This document shows positions 25,831 to 38,357 of a stretch of 64,000 bases of DNA, piece after piece (position 1 is the stretch's first letter; each line of letters begins with the position of its first letter). Both the position numbers and the translations under genes were made by a program. This DNA comes from Mobula hypostoma. Taxonomy: Eukaryota. The notes beneath the pieces were generated by a model that was not told the DNA's origin, did no database searches, and worked only from the letters and a program-made list of their open reading frames with translations. The stretch covers positions 119,972,001 to 120,036,000 of the forward strand of contig NC_086097.1 of the NCBI RefSeq assembly GCF_963921235.1, written 5' to 3'.

Positions 25831-26391
25831 TGCTCCTTTCTCGTTGCCTTTGTGAAGGTGGAGCTGAGCCAGCTTCAGATGAAGATTTTTCCCTGGTGCA
25901 GTGGATAATGAGTTTCAAGATTTAGACTCAGTGCTCTTGAATGACAATACATTTACAACACAGCTTGGGATGTGACTTGGAAAAAATTGGCAAGTGATAG
26001 TTCCTGATGTGCCTGCTGCCCGTTTCTTCAGGGATGCTCTTGAAGTAGCTTTGTCAATTTACTTTTGTGCACATTGCAACTATGCAAACAGGAGCTGGCA
26101 TAGTAGTGTAAGAGTTAGTGCAATCGTTTTACAGTACCAGTGATTACCAATTGAGGTTTCATTCCTTCCACTGAGTGTGAATCCTGAAACTCATTATCCA
26201 ACTGCACTAGGGGAATACCTTCATCTAAAGGGTTTGAGGATTCTCTCCATGGCCATGTGGGTTTCCTCTGGGTGCTGTGCTTTCCTCCCATATTCCAAGG
26301 AGATACGATTAGGCTGAGTGACTTCTGGGCATGCTATGTTGGCAGCAGAATTGTGATGACACTTGCAGGCTGATGCCAACATAATCCTCAC

Positions 26392-26523
26392 AGACACGAG
26401 AAAATCTGGAGATGCTGGAAATTCGAGCAACACACACAAAATGCTGGTAGAACACAGCAGGCCAGGCAGCATCTACAGGAAGAGGTACAGTCGACGTTTC
26501 GGGCCGAGACCCTTCGTCAGGAC
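26392..26523 (-). mobile_element. Short PLE terminal insertion inside a SINE
   Basis: TSD taatcctcac (26382-26391, 26524-26533); consists only of the hammerhead plus the terminal ~95 nt. Confidence 0.85.
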
Positions 26524-26524
26524 T
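26489..26524 (-). ncRNA. Minimal hammerhead ribozyme motif in a PLE terminus (best-preserved copy)
   Basis: The minus strand reads AGUC-CUGACGA-A-GGGU-CUCG-GCCC-GAAAC-GUC-GACU: stem I AGUC/GACU, core CUGANGA and GAAA, a 4-bp stem II, a GUC triplet, and palindromic ACGU in place of a stem III loop. Confidence 0.8.
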
Positions 26525-27669
26525 AATCCTCACGGATTTTGTTTGACAAAACGGTGCATTTCACTATATGTTTGATGTTTCAATATGCATGTGCCAAATA
26601 AAGCTAATCTTTCTTCCTAAATCTTTTCATGATGTGCAAACATTGAAGGTTGTTTACGTTTAAGGTATATAGGGTGTCAATCAAGGTGGCTGATATGCCC
26701 TAAATGATATTGAGCTCCTTAGAATACCAATAGCTCATAATGCAGATTTAGGTCAAAGATGGCCCTCAATCTCTTCTTTGCTTCTGCCTTTTAATGATGG
26801 AAAACATTAGGAGAGACAGAAGTTAAGGCATCTGCTGACATGCTCTTATCAGCAGAGTCTAATTAGCCTTCCAGTTTTTGGTGACCACTAGGATGTCAAC
26901 AGTATTCTGCTCACAATGATGGCCATACTGCCTTTGGACTGATCTGAAAGTAACAAAACAAAAATCACTGATGCTTAAGAGGTCGAGAGAACTGGCAGAA
27001 AAGAGAAGTTGAAGCAGGTATTGATCAGCAATTATCGTGCTGAATGGCAGGGCAGGCTTGAAGAGCCTGATTGCCTATTCCTGCTCCTATGTGCTAGTAC
27101 AAATTTGAAAATTGCCAGAACAAAGCCAGCAACATAAAGCAAAGCAAGCAGCAGGCAGTATGGTTTCAATGATGAAAAGCAGCCCCACAGGTATTGGATG
27201 GGTTTAATATTACATTTAAAGCAGCAAAATGTACGAACAAACATAATGTGATAAAAGAACATTTGGGTTAAGGGCTATCGTGTCTGCTTTACATATTCTA
27301 TATTATTACATTGCTCAAAAACCGAATTACATTTCTGAATCAGAACTTGTAAAAATTCTACACTATTATCTTTCATTAACCCATGCATTCCAAGAGTATT
27401 TATATTCATTTTTTTGTAATTTTCACCAGCCATATTCCTGCATATACATTTTCCCCATAATCTAAAAGAGTTAATCTTCATTATAACCATAATGTTTTTT
27501 CTCCTATTTTCTCTATTGTTATTCCTTTATTTTCTTACAAAATACTTAGGAAAATAAATTTCTCTTTATCTGTCATAGCTGAGCACAAATACATATTTCA
27601 CTTAGAAGCTGTTTACGGCTTCAGTTATTTAGTTTCACTGAAGTCAAGACTCAGCCAAACATGACAAAC

Positions 27670-28275
27670 TTACATTGATGTGTGGAAGAGAGTATATTGA
27701 CTGGTTGCATCATGGCCTGGTATGGAAACACTAATGCCCCTCAACAGAAAATCATACAAAAATGGTGGATATGGACCCAGTCCATTGTGGATAAAGCCCT
27801 TCCCACAATTGATCACATCTACATGGAGTGCTGTCTCAGGAAAGCAGAATTTATCATCAAGGACCCCCACCACCCAGGCCAGGCTCTCTTCTTGCTGCTA
27901 CCATGCAGAAGAAGGCACAGGAGGCTCAGGACTCACACCATCAGATTTAGGAACAGTTATTACCCCTCAATCATCAGGCTCTTGAACCAGTGGAGATAAC
28001 TTGACTCATCACTGAACAACTTAAGAGCACGTTTAAGTACTCTTCATTTCATGTTCTCGATATTTATTGCTTATTTATTTATTTATTATTTTTCTTTGTA
28101 TTTGCACAGTTGTTGACGTTTGCACAGTAGCTGTTTGTCTGTCTTGTGGAGTGTAATCTTTCACTGATTCAATTGTGTTTCTTGGATTTACTGTGTGTGC
28201 CCACAAGAAAACAAATCTTAGGTTTATATATTGTGACATATATGTACCTTGATAATAAATTTACTTTTGAACATT
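27670..28275 (+). mobile_element. Rex1/Babar-type LINE 3' fragment (similar pieces at about 3610-3950+, 16895-17395+, 24355-24645+, 28650-29135+, 29455-29715-, 37420-37850-, 50810-51440-, 60900-61215-)
   Basis: ESILTGCIMAWYG...IIKDPHHPGQALF...RFRNSYYP motif shared by the listed copies. Confidence 0.82.
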
Positions 28276-29526
28276 ATTTTGAAGTTTTCAACCTAAATGC
28301 CAAGCAACAAAAGCAGCACAGACACAATCTTCGATACTGGTCCATGACTGGTGCTTCCTCAGTCATGGATACAGCTTCTAAAGAAGTTCCTGTCCTGATC
28401 TGGATGTCTGATGACCACCAGACAATGCTCCACTAACAATAATCCTCCATTACCACATAGTTTTTGAACTGATATACATCTGCCCTTGTCACACTCATGG
28501 TAGGGCGCATTCTGGTCCACATGAACTTGAAGGTTAACCAAGGAACTGTTAACGTCTGAATTTGGAGCAACGAGCAAGATGTTTCGGCAGCATCTGTGGA
28601 TGGAAATGGACATTTGACGTTACTGGTTGAGACCCTTCACCCGGACTGAAAGAATCTCAGCCTGGTATGGAATCAACAATGCCCAGGAACAGAGAGTGAT
28701 CTATACAGCCCAGTCCATCACAGGCAAAGTCCATCCCACAACTGAGCGCACTTACAAGGAGAAAGTAGAATCTGTCATCAAGAACCCCCACCATCCAGGT
28801 CATGCTCTCTTCTCATTAACACCACTGGGCAGGAGGTACAGGAGCCTTAGGTCCCACGTCATCAGGTGGTTACCCCTCAATCATCAGGCTCTGGAACCAG
28901 TATGGATAACATCACTCACCTCAGCTTTGTACTGATTCCATAACCTATGGACCCACTTTCAAGGACTTCATGGCTCGTTCTCAGTATTACTTTTCATTTG
29001 CACAGTTTGCTTTTCTTTGCACATTGGTTGTCTAGCAGTCTTTGTTTATGTATAGTTTCTATTGTATTTCTTTATTTTCCTGTAAATGCCTGCAAGAAAA
29101 TGAATCTATGTACTTCGTAATACATTTACTTCACCTTTGAAAGAAAGAGGGGAGACAATCAGTGTAAAAGAATAAAGGAAGTGAAGGGGTGGAGCAAGAG
29201 TTGGCAGGTGATGGATGGATCCAGGTGAACAGGTGTGACAGCCAGATTGAGAAAAGTAAGAGTGATAAGTAGTGGCAGAATTAACGAGATGGTAGGTGGA
29301 AGTGACAAAAAGCTGCAATGGGTGGAGTATGTAAGAGATGGTGGAGCATGGAACCAAATAAATGACGTGGCATAGCATGATGGGAACAGTTGGAGAGGGT
29401 CCAGTGGGAGGCGTTTGTGGGTGAGGCACTGATGGACTGGTTAAAGGGATCAGAGCCAGGTTTAATATCACTGGCATATTTGATGAAAATTGTGAATTAC
29501 TGTAAGTATATATATAGATAGGTAAC

Positions 29527-29560
29527 TAGATAGATAGATAGATAGATGGATAGATAGATA
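29527..29560. repeat. (GATA)n microsatellite
   Basis: Directly visible. Confidence 0.9.
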
Positions 29561-30696
29561 TAAAATAATTTAATTCAATAAGTAGTGAAAAAAATGTTGT
29601 TAGGTGGTGCTCACAGGTTCAATGTCCATTCAGAGATCAGATGGCAGAGGGAAAGAAGCCGTTCCTGAATCACTGAGTGTGGGTCTTCAGGCTCTTGTAC
29701 CTCCTCCCTGATGGTAGCAATCTTCTCCCTGATGGAGGGGGTAAAACATGGTAATGGGGGCTCGAGTGAGTGTACAAGGAATGGGGTAGATTAGGACAGG
29801 AGAGGATAAGGTACAGGAGTGAAGCAATTTGCCTAAAACTTGAGAATTCAATGTTCATACCATTGCATTGTAGACTAACTAGGCAGAATATAAGGTGAAG
29901 TGTCCCTTCATGAATGGTAGTCTAGTACAGTGAAATAGTGTACCACAGTTTCTTGAGCTACTTCCCATTGCGGCTTTCCCCTACTTCATAGCCATTGAGT
30001 CTATGTTTCTATACAGAAACTGATAAGTGCCTAGAATGTATTAGCAGGGTAGGAAATGGAAGCTAGTACAATAACAAAGTTTATGAGATCTTAGGAACAT
30101 GAAGTATGAAGGGATATAGATCATGTGCAGGCAGATAGGATTAGTTTTGTTTAGCCTTATGGTTTGCGCAAATGTCATTGGCTGAAAGATCAGTTCCTCT
30201 CTGATCTTCAAGAACACCTCCTCAGCCTTTAATATGCTTGGTAATTCAACACCAGGCTCACACATTTTCTCGGTCTAAATGTTGGAAGTCTCTGCACAAC
30301 AACACTGTGTGAGTGTTATCACCCGGTGGACTGAAGTGATTCAGGAGGATAGCTAATCACCATTTAGGCAAGGACAACAACTCTGTCATACAACAGAATA
30401 AGGACATGTATTGAGATGAGAACAAATACTAACCAATATTCCAAGCATGATTACAATACTCAAGCAAAGATAAGCTTTGATCATTAAATTCCTTTCATGC
30501 TGTCTGCTTACTTATGTATATATATTCATTTAGCCCTTCTGGTATCTCTCTTCTAGACTTTTCAATTCTATTTTTTACTACTATTAAGCCTAGCTTCATT
30601 ATATTCGTCCTTCCTAAATTAGTGTATATTCCATTCATTTGTGACTTTCGAAACATTTTCTTTTTTCTCATAGTAATATCTTAGTTTTGTATTCTA

Positions 30697-31248
30697 TATT
30701 CAGTGGATGCTTTATTAATTACTTCCAGTACCTAATAAAGTGGCCACTGAGTGTATATTCATGACCTAATGCTGCAAAAGCCATCCACCTGAAGGTCTGA
30801 TGTGTTATTCATTCAGAGATGCTCTTCTGCACACTACTACTGTGACCCATAGTTATTCGAGTTACTGTTGCCTTCCTGTCAGCTTGAACCTGTCTAGTCA
30901 TTTTCCTCTGAGCTCTCTCATTAACAAGGTATTTGTGCCCTCAGAACTGCTGCTAATTGGGTTTCTTTTTTGGTTTTTGCATTATTCTCTGTAAGCTCTT
31001 GAAACTGTTGTGTGTAAGAATCCCAGGAGATCAGAAATTTCTGAGATACTGTAACCAACTTGTCATTCCTCAGTCAAGGTAACTTAACATTTCATCCCCA
31101 TCGTGATGTTTCGGTTGAGCAACAAGTGAACCTCTTGACCACATCTGCATTCTCTTACACTTTGAGTTGCTGCCACATGATTGCCTGATTATATATTTGC
31201 ATTAATAAGAAGAAGTGCAGGTGTACCTGATAAAGTGGCCACTGAGCA
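30697..31248 (-). mobile_element. Non-autonomous Tc1-like element (same family)
   Basis: Same TIR hairpin at the left end, same internal sequence, and right TIR gtacctgataaagtggccactgag. Confidence 0.88.
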
Positions 31249-32386
31249 TCATTTTTGCACAGAAATAATTTCCTCTTTGAACTGTCAAAATGTTGGATTT
31301 CTTACATCCCGGAGCAGTTCCAAAGGTTTATTTTTCTCTAAAATTCTCAACAAAATGCAATAGGTTTACCAATCATCAGCTGTCTTTTCTCAACACCTAA
31401 CAACCATTTTTTTTAACAACTTGTTTGGACAATTGAAAATAAACCTCATCGGAGACTCCTTTCAGCTGTCTGTTCATGACAATAGCTGAAACATGTACCC
31501 AAAATAAGTAGCCATTTGAGGAAATCTGATTTTATAAAATAGAAAACTACAGTGGCTTTCAGATGATGTTAGAAATGTGAGCAGCAATTTTATTTGATAA
31601 TTCTCTAACAGAAGTATGGTGGCATTTTTAAAAGATAGATTTTTGTTGGAGGATAAAAGGATAAATGACTAGGGGTGGAATAAATGAGTCTAGCCATAAC
31701 TGTTGTAAGGTAAATCCACCTAGTATATTGCATCCACCCTTATCTTACAAACTGATATATTGGAGTTCAAAATCTAATACATTTGAAAAGTCATACATGT
31801 CTGATCAGGACATATTGTTTCAGTTCAGGGTGCTTATATGATAATGCAAGAGGATGTAGTGCAATGTGAACAAACTTCCAGGAAGAGTTAGCCGTTCCAA
31901 GAATTTCAACTGTCAGAATCCAAGCAATTCTCTAGAACGGAGCTGAATGCAGAAGAGAATTTCATACCTGATAATATTTTGCTAATGGTCTCATGGTATG
32001 CTTGCTGACATTTCTATTCAGCTGAGTGTTATCTCGCTGCTCTTCGTCTGTTTATAATCTATCACCCATGTCACTGGTTATTGTTTTTATTGTTGCACTG
32101 AAGCTAAATACACTGTGATTAAAGTGTCCGAGTTCTCTCTCACATCTATTCATCATTTCAGAGAAATGAATTAAAGTTCAAAATTCAAATTTATTATTAA
32201 AGTATGTATAAGTCACCATATACCACCTGATTCATTTTATTACAGGCATTCACGGTAGAACAAAGAAATACAATAAAATCAATGAAAAACTACACACAAA
32301 CAACCAATGGAAGAAGACAAACTGTGTAAATAAATTAAATAGATAAATAGATAACTAAACATCTATCTATCTATATACCATATATA

Positions 32387-32457
32387 TAGTACTGTGCAAA
32401 AATTTTAGGCACATATATTTATACAGCTAGGGTGCCTAAGACTTTTGCACAGTTCTG
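32387..32457. mobile_element. 71-bp Tc1/mariner-type MITE (TIRs only)
   Basis: tagtactgtgcaaaaattttaggcac ... gtgcctaagacttttgcacagttctg, TA-flanked. Confidence 0.8.
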
Positions 32458-33869
32458 TAATAATTTTATGTATTGCACTATACTGTTACCACAAAATAAA
32501 AATCATGACATATGTGAGTGATAACAAACTTGATTCTGATATGGTTCTCCATTATGGACTCACAATGGGAAGGGGGCAGGGAGAGGGGAATCATGGTTGG
32601 GAAATGGGGAAGGGAGAGAGGAAGGAAGGGGAAGAAGTAGAGAGGCATTCTGTAATGATCAATAAACAAATTGTTTGCAATCAAATTGTCTCAGGGCTGG
32701 GTGAGTCTATACCCACACCACCCCGCACCCCCAGTTCTGGTATTTCTTCAGTGGCACCTATCCCACACCCTTCCTGTGGCACTCCACTATCATCATTCCC
32801 AACATCCTTTGCTCCCATCAGATTTATAAATTCGCTCTCCACTATATATATATATATATATATACATATATATCCTTGAAGGCATGTGCACAGGTTGTCA
32901 AATCAAGAGAAGTATTTGCCATGGTGGACTGGAAAGAATCTGATAAATTATTGACGTTTCTTGACACTCATCACTTTAACCATTTTCTTTTACTCCAAGA
33001 TGGTTAAGAGTCCAATGATTTAAAACATAGATATGGAGAAATACTTCCTTGTAGATGATGGTGAATCTCTGAAATCCTCTACCTCAGAGGGCTGTGAAGA
33101 TTAGATCAGTGGAAGTAGTTAAGGTGGAGATAGATAAATATTTTGCAGGCAAGGGAAATAAGGGTTATGAGGATCTTGCACAGAAGAGGATCAGAGGCCA
33201 GCGTCAATTAGCAATAATTGTATTGAATGGCAGTGTAGACTGGAAGAGCTTGGAAGCCCAATCCTGCCTCTGTTTTCTTCCTGTACACAGCCCATGGATC
33301 ATTTTTGTACTTCAAGGCAGCAGTAGATCATTTAGAGATGCAACAGACTCTTCACCTAAACTGCTACCCTCCCTCCATTATCTTTTATGTAATTATTCTA
33401 ACCGCTGAAAAAAAAGTTAAGCAATATTTCTCCTGAATTAATTGTATTTCCCCTTTGTTATTAATGCCTCCAGCTTTTCACTTTGTTAAGTATTTTGAAG
33501 AGCACAGACAAAATGCTGAAAGAACTTAACAGATCAGACAGCACCTATGCAGGGAAATAAATGGTTAATATTTCAGGCTACAAGGAGAAGGCAAGAGCGT
33601 GGGGTTAGCAGGATGATAAATCAGCCATGGTGGAATGGCAGAGCAGACCCAATGGTCTGTATGACCTAATTCTGCTCTTATGTGTTATGGTCTAATGGTC
33701 TTATAACAGTTTGTGTATTTCCACTCTTGGTACCATCCAAGCGAATCTCACCACATTCATTAAACCACGTTATAAAAGCAGGCGCTGGGATGCTCTTTCC
33801 ACCTCTTTATCTTTGCAGGAATATCACAAACTTCCTCTCTGACTGGAAGCATACAATATGTGAGAGTAG

Positions 33870-34935
33870 GCACGCGCATCTCCACATTTCCTTCTCTCAA
33901 CACTGATTCGCCACAGTGGTGTGGTCTTTCCTCTCTTCAATATTCTCTCTACACCAGTGATGGTGTCTCCAGTGATCTATCAGTTAAACTAATGAAGTTT
34001 GCAGACAACACCACTGTCATTGGACTAATTACCAGAGGCAATGAATCTAAGTACCACCCGTAAGTAAACAAGCCCTTATCAAGGTGCAATCACAACAACT
34101 TGGAGCTAAACATCCTAAAAATCATGAAGACGCAAATCGACTTCTGGAAAAATATGCCTCCTCTCCACCAGTGATCATCAACAACTCTGTAGTTAGCACC
34201 GTTTCAATATTCAGGTTCCTGGGCATCTTTATATCCCAGGACCTCATGTGGGAGAACCATATCTCCTTTGGTAACAAAAAGCCTTAGCAGAGGATGTCAG
34301 GATGTAAATCTTGTAACAGTTGGTAAAATTCCATCTTCCCAGAACATACTGGTGCAAGTCTACACTGCCACCGTAGAGAGTATCTTCACATCAGACATCA
34401 CTGTCTGAATTGGTGCAGCAGCCTCTCACAATGTCCAAAAACTGGAGTGAACTGAGAGGACATCAGAAAAGGTCATTGTTGGAGAATTTGTATGTGTCCA
34501 GGACAAAGAATTGGGCAGGTAAAACACTGCGGACAACATCCACCCTGCAAACTACCTTTTCCGAAAGTTCATTTCAGAAAAGCGCTCAGGACTGTTAAAG
34601 CTTCATGTCATCTTAAAAGCTTCTTCTGCTAGGCAGTTAATCTGATCAACCATTCTAATAAACCCAACCCCCTCTCTGTCTATTACCCCAGTCACTGCAT
34701 TGCACTGTAAACACTTTAAGCCACTTTTTATAATGCTGTTTACATTGTAAACACACCTTAGTATTTATGTATTTATGCACGTTTTTGCATATCAATACTT
34801 GAAGCACTGACATTATATTTTATATAATTCTTTATTCTTTATATTCATTGAATGTTGTGTTTTTTAGTTGCACGTCACACCATCACACCATAGCAAGTTC
34901 CTAATAAAGTAAATATATATGCCAAATAAAGCTGA
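33870..34935 (+). mobile_element. Decayed Rex1/Babar-type LINE
   Basis: SPQWCGLSSLQYSLYTSD...KFADNTTVIGLI and FRFLG motifs; aataaa tail. Confidence 0.82.
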
Positions 34936-35987
34936 ACTTAATTTCCTTGATCATTGTATGAAATGAGCTGAACCCTATGTATACTAACATCAGCTCCTGG
35001 GGTCAATCCACCTCTGATCCACTGAGGCATGACTTCCCCTCAATGAACAAGCCATGCTTCCCCAGTACCTTTGTGGATGAGAAGCCCTACTTTAATCTAT
35101 ATCCATAAACAGCTGATCTTGCAGCATTCCCTAGCACTGAGCTTTCATCAAACCCCTCCACCCCTGGCCAGAGAAAACAGGGAACAACTTTCTTCACCTT
35201 TCTTGTGTGGGATCCAAAACAAAAAATATATCAAGTACTGGAAAGACTCTGCTGATCAGGCAACATCTATAGCAGAGGAACAGAACCACCCGAACTGACT
35301 CATTGGGTTTTTAAAGCATTTTCTTTTCTGTGGTAGATTTTCATCATCAACCTAATTTTGTCCCAAGTACAGGATGTTTATAAAGGAATTACATGCTAAT
35401 TGCAAACATAAACCAAAAACTCTTAGCATCTGTGCTCTGTTCAAACTAAATTGTATTAACTGAATATTAACATAAAAAGTCAAATTTTGACAAACAATTT
35501 CTTCAACACTGTTTATAAGGGCTTTTAATTGACTATTAATGTTTTTAAAGGTTTTGGAATGTAACTTTAGATATTGATTCTCTATTTTGCGATACCATTG
35601 TATATGTTTTAACTCTATGCATGACCAAATGCTATGGATGGTTAATGAAGAAAAGATGCTAAATGAATAAATCATGCTTCTTTCTCTGTCTGTCTCTCAC
35701 CTGCTTGTTCTCTGTAAGAGAGGAGATAGAAAAAATACATAATCTTTTAACTTAACTTCATCTTTTTGCATGACATCTTGTAGTTTTTGATACTTCAGAA
35801 TCAGGTTTATTTTCACTGACATATGTCATGAAATTTGTCGTTTAGTGACAGCAGTACAGACTAATACATTACAATAACTATAAGTTATAATAAATAAGTA
35901 AGAAAGTAAATAAATAGAAAGGTAGTTTGATAGAGAGGCCTCCTTCGGTTGGGGTTGACCATAGTTGTCGCATCCTAGCTGTCTAGA

Positions 35988-36785
35988 AACTTTGTCACAT
36001 GGTGTGAGCAGAATTATCTGCAGCTTAATGTGAAAAAGACTAAGGATCTGGTGGTAGACCTGAGGAGAGCTAAGACACCGGTGACCCCTGTTTCCATCCA
36101 GGGAGTCAGTGTGGACATGGTGGATGATTACAAATACCTGGGGATACGAATTGACAATAAACTGGACTGGTCAAAGAACACTGAGGCTGTCTACAAGAAG
36201 AGACAGGGCCGTCTCTATTTCCTGAGGAGACTGAGGTCCTTTAACATCTGTCGGACGATGCTGAGGGTGTTCTATGAGTCTGTGGTGGCCAGTGCGATCA
36301 TGTTTGCTGTTGTGTGCTGGGGCAGCAGGCTGAGGGTAGCAGACACCAACAGAATCAACAAACTCATTCGTAAGGCCAGTGATGTTGTAGGGATGGAACT
36401 GGACTCTCTGACGGTGGTGTCTGAAAAGAGGATACTGTCTAAGTTGCATGCCATCTTGGTCAATGTCTCCCATGCACTACATAATGTACTGGGTGGGCAC
36501 AGGAGTACATTCAGCCAGAGACTCATTCCACCGAGATGCAACAAAGAGCGTCATAGGAAGTCATTCCTGCCTGTGGCCATCAAACTTTACAACTCCTCCC
36601 TTGGAGGGTCAGACACCCTGAGCCAAAAGGCTGGTCCTGGACTTGTTTTATAATTTACTGGCATAATTTACATATTTACATATTATCATTTAACTATTTA
36701 TGGTTCTATTACTATTTATTATTTATGGTGCAACTGTAACGAAAACCAGTTTCCCCTGGGATCAATAAAGTATGACTATGACTAT
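35988..36785 (+). mobile_element. Young Rex1/Babar-type LINE 3' fragment with an open RT C-terminus
   Basis: ORF 36030-36653: KKTKDLVVDLRR...YKYLG...RLYFLRRLRSF...SFLPVAIKLYN; tail aataaag(tatgac)n. Confidence 0.9.
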
Positions 36786-36790
36786 AGATA

Positions 36791-37251
36791 AGTCACAGTG
36801 GGGGCATTGGGAACAGACCCAAATGAAAGATACAGACACTGAAGTACTAGGGATGAAACTAGGATGCAGGACCTGGGCTAGGACATGGACAAGAAACAGG
36901 GAACCCAGACAAGGAACTATGAATTAGGAGCCTGGGCTTGGGAAGGCAGGACTAGGACTAGGAGCCATGAACTAGGACCCTGTACTTGGACTCCGAGCCA
37001 GAGACTGGACAAGGGCCCAGAACCTGGGTCTTGCCTCGGGCTCGGACCCCAGAACTAGGCAAGGACATGACATGGCTACAGGACAGGACGTGGCTGGGGT
37101 CAAGAGGCTATTTATATTCCAAACCCAAGATGGGAATCAGGTGCCTATGATTAACCCAACCAAAACAAGGGATAGCTGGAAGACCCAGAGACCTGAGTCC
37201 ACGGACTGGACCATGAACCAGAATGTGGACTTCACGGACTGGACCATGACA
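36791..37251. mobile_element. Solo LTR with internal short tandem repeats
   Basis: (t/a)gtca...tgaca termini; 5-bp TSD agata (36786-36790, 37252-37256); repeated cacggactggaccatga. Confidence 0.75.
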
Positions 37252-38357
37252 AGATATGCATGCTTGGACGGTACAGCATGGAGAGCAAGCTGTTGCCCAT
37301 GGAGCAACCTCCCCCTCTCCATGCATCTGAGAACCCAAAGGGATGGCAGAGACTGATACAGTTTGGCTCCAGCATTGTCACAGCAACTGCCAGTCAGCAT
37401 TAAAGTCAACATAGGACTGTCTTAGATAGGTAGACTGTGCAATGAATGAATAGTGAGGTAGTACTCATGGGTTGATGAACCATTCAGAAATCTGATGGTA
37501 GAGGGAAAGAAGCTGTCCCTAAATTGTAAAGTGTATGTCTTTAGGTTCTTGTACTTCCTCTCTGATGGTGGTAATGAGAAAAGGCCTTGTCCAGATAGTG
37601 AGGGCCTTTCACGATGGATGCTCCCTTCCTGAGGCACTGCGATTTGAAGATGTCCTTGATGGTGGGGAGGGTTTGCCAATGATGGAGCTGAATGAGTCTA
37701 CAAGCTTTTGCAGCTTCTTTTGATTCTGCAGATTGGTGCCTCCGTGCAGGTGGTAAAGCAACCAGTTAGAATGTTCTCTACTGTACATTTGTAGAAATTT
37801 GCTCGAGTCTTTTGTGAGATACCATATCTCCTCAAATCTTTGTGAATGGACACTGACTGAGTCTTGCTTCTATCGGAGCATGCTAGAGTTGTATATTTTG
37901 GAAATATAATCACAAATTGTCATCACGGTACTGTGTTCTGAATAATCACCCATACTGCTGACAAGTCCCATGAATCGGAGTTAAACGTAATTTATTGTAG
38001 CTGCTCTTTCTGGAGGTATTTCTACACTAGAGGCAGTGAAGTGGTGGTGCCTCTGAGTATTGAATAAGTGGCTAGAAGCCATAACATTGACCCAGAACAA
38101 AGTTCATTGAAAACTGTGAATTGGGTTTGTCACAAGGCAGAGAGGCAGCTTTTCCTGTAGCCCACCTTTTGGGTAGCATTTCATTGCTTCCCTGTACAAA
38201 AGAGAAAGGTGGTACAAGTTACCGAGGTAATACAGGCTATTTAGAGAGATCTTAAACCTAGCGCAGTGCAATAACCTAGTGAAGAGCCCAGAACAATGAA
38301 CAAATCCAGAGCAGAGCGGAAGACCATGCAATGGATGAATCTGTTGTAAAGAGACAA

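Larger units (their letters stand above)
35935..37422 (+). mobile_element. Probable RTE-type 5' UTR fragment hosting the Rex1 and solo-LTR insertions
   Basis: 35935-35987 joins 37257-37422 (…gctgtctaga|tatgcatg…gatacagtttggctccagcattgtcacagcaactgcc), resembling RTE 5' UTRs. Confidence 0.45.

Noticed and set aside
26793..26839. C/D-box snoRNA (atgatgg…ctga)
   Set aside because: The C box is imperfect, the span is too short, there is no terminal stem, and the boxes are not kept in the duplicate.
28445..28520. Minus-strand HECDKGRCISVQKLC, resembling an LDL-A repeat
   Set aside because: It lacks the acidic DCxDxSDE half and clear splice sites; probably chance.
36030..36653. 207-aa ORF as a host gene
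   Set aside because: It is the RT C-terminus of a Rex1-type LINE with a tandem-repeat tail, and many decayed relatives occur in the window.
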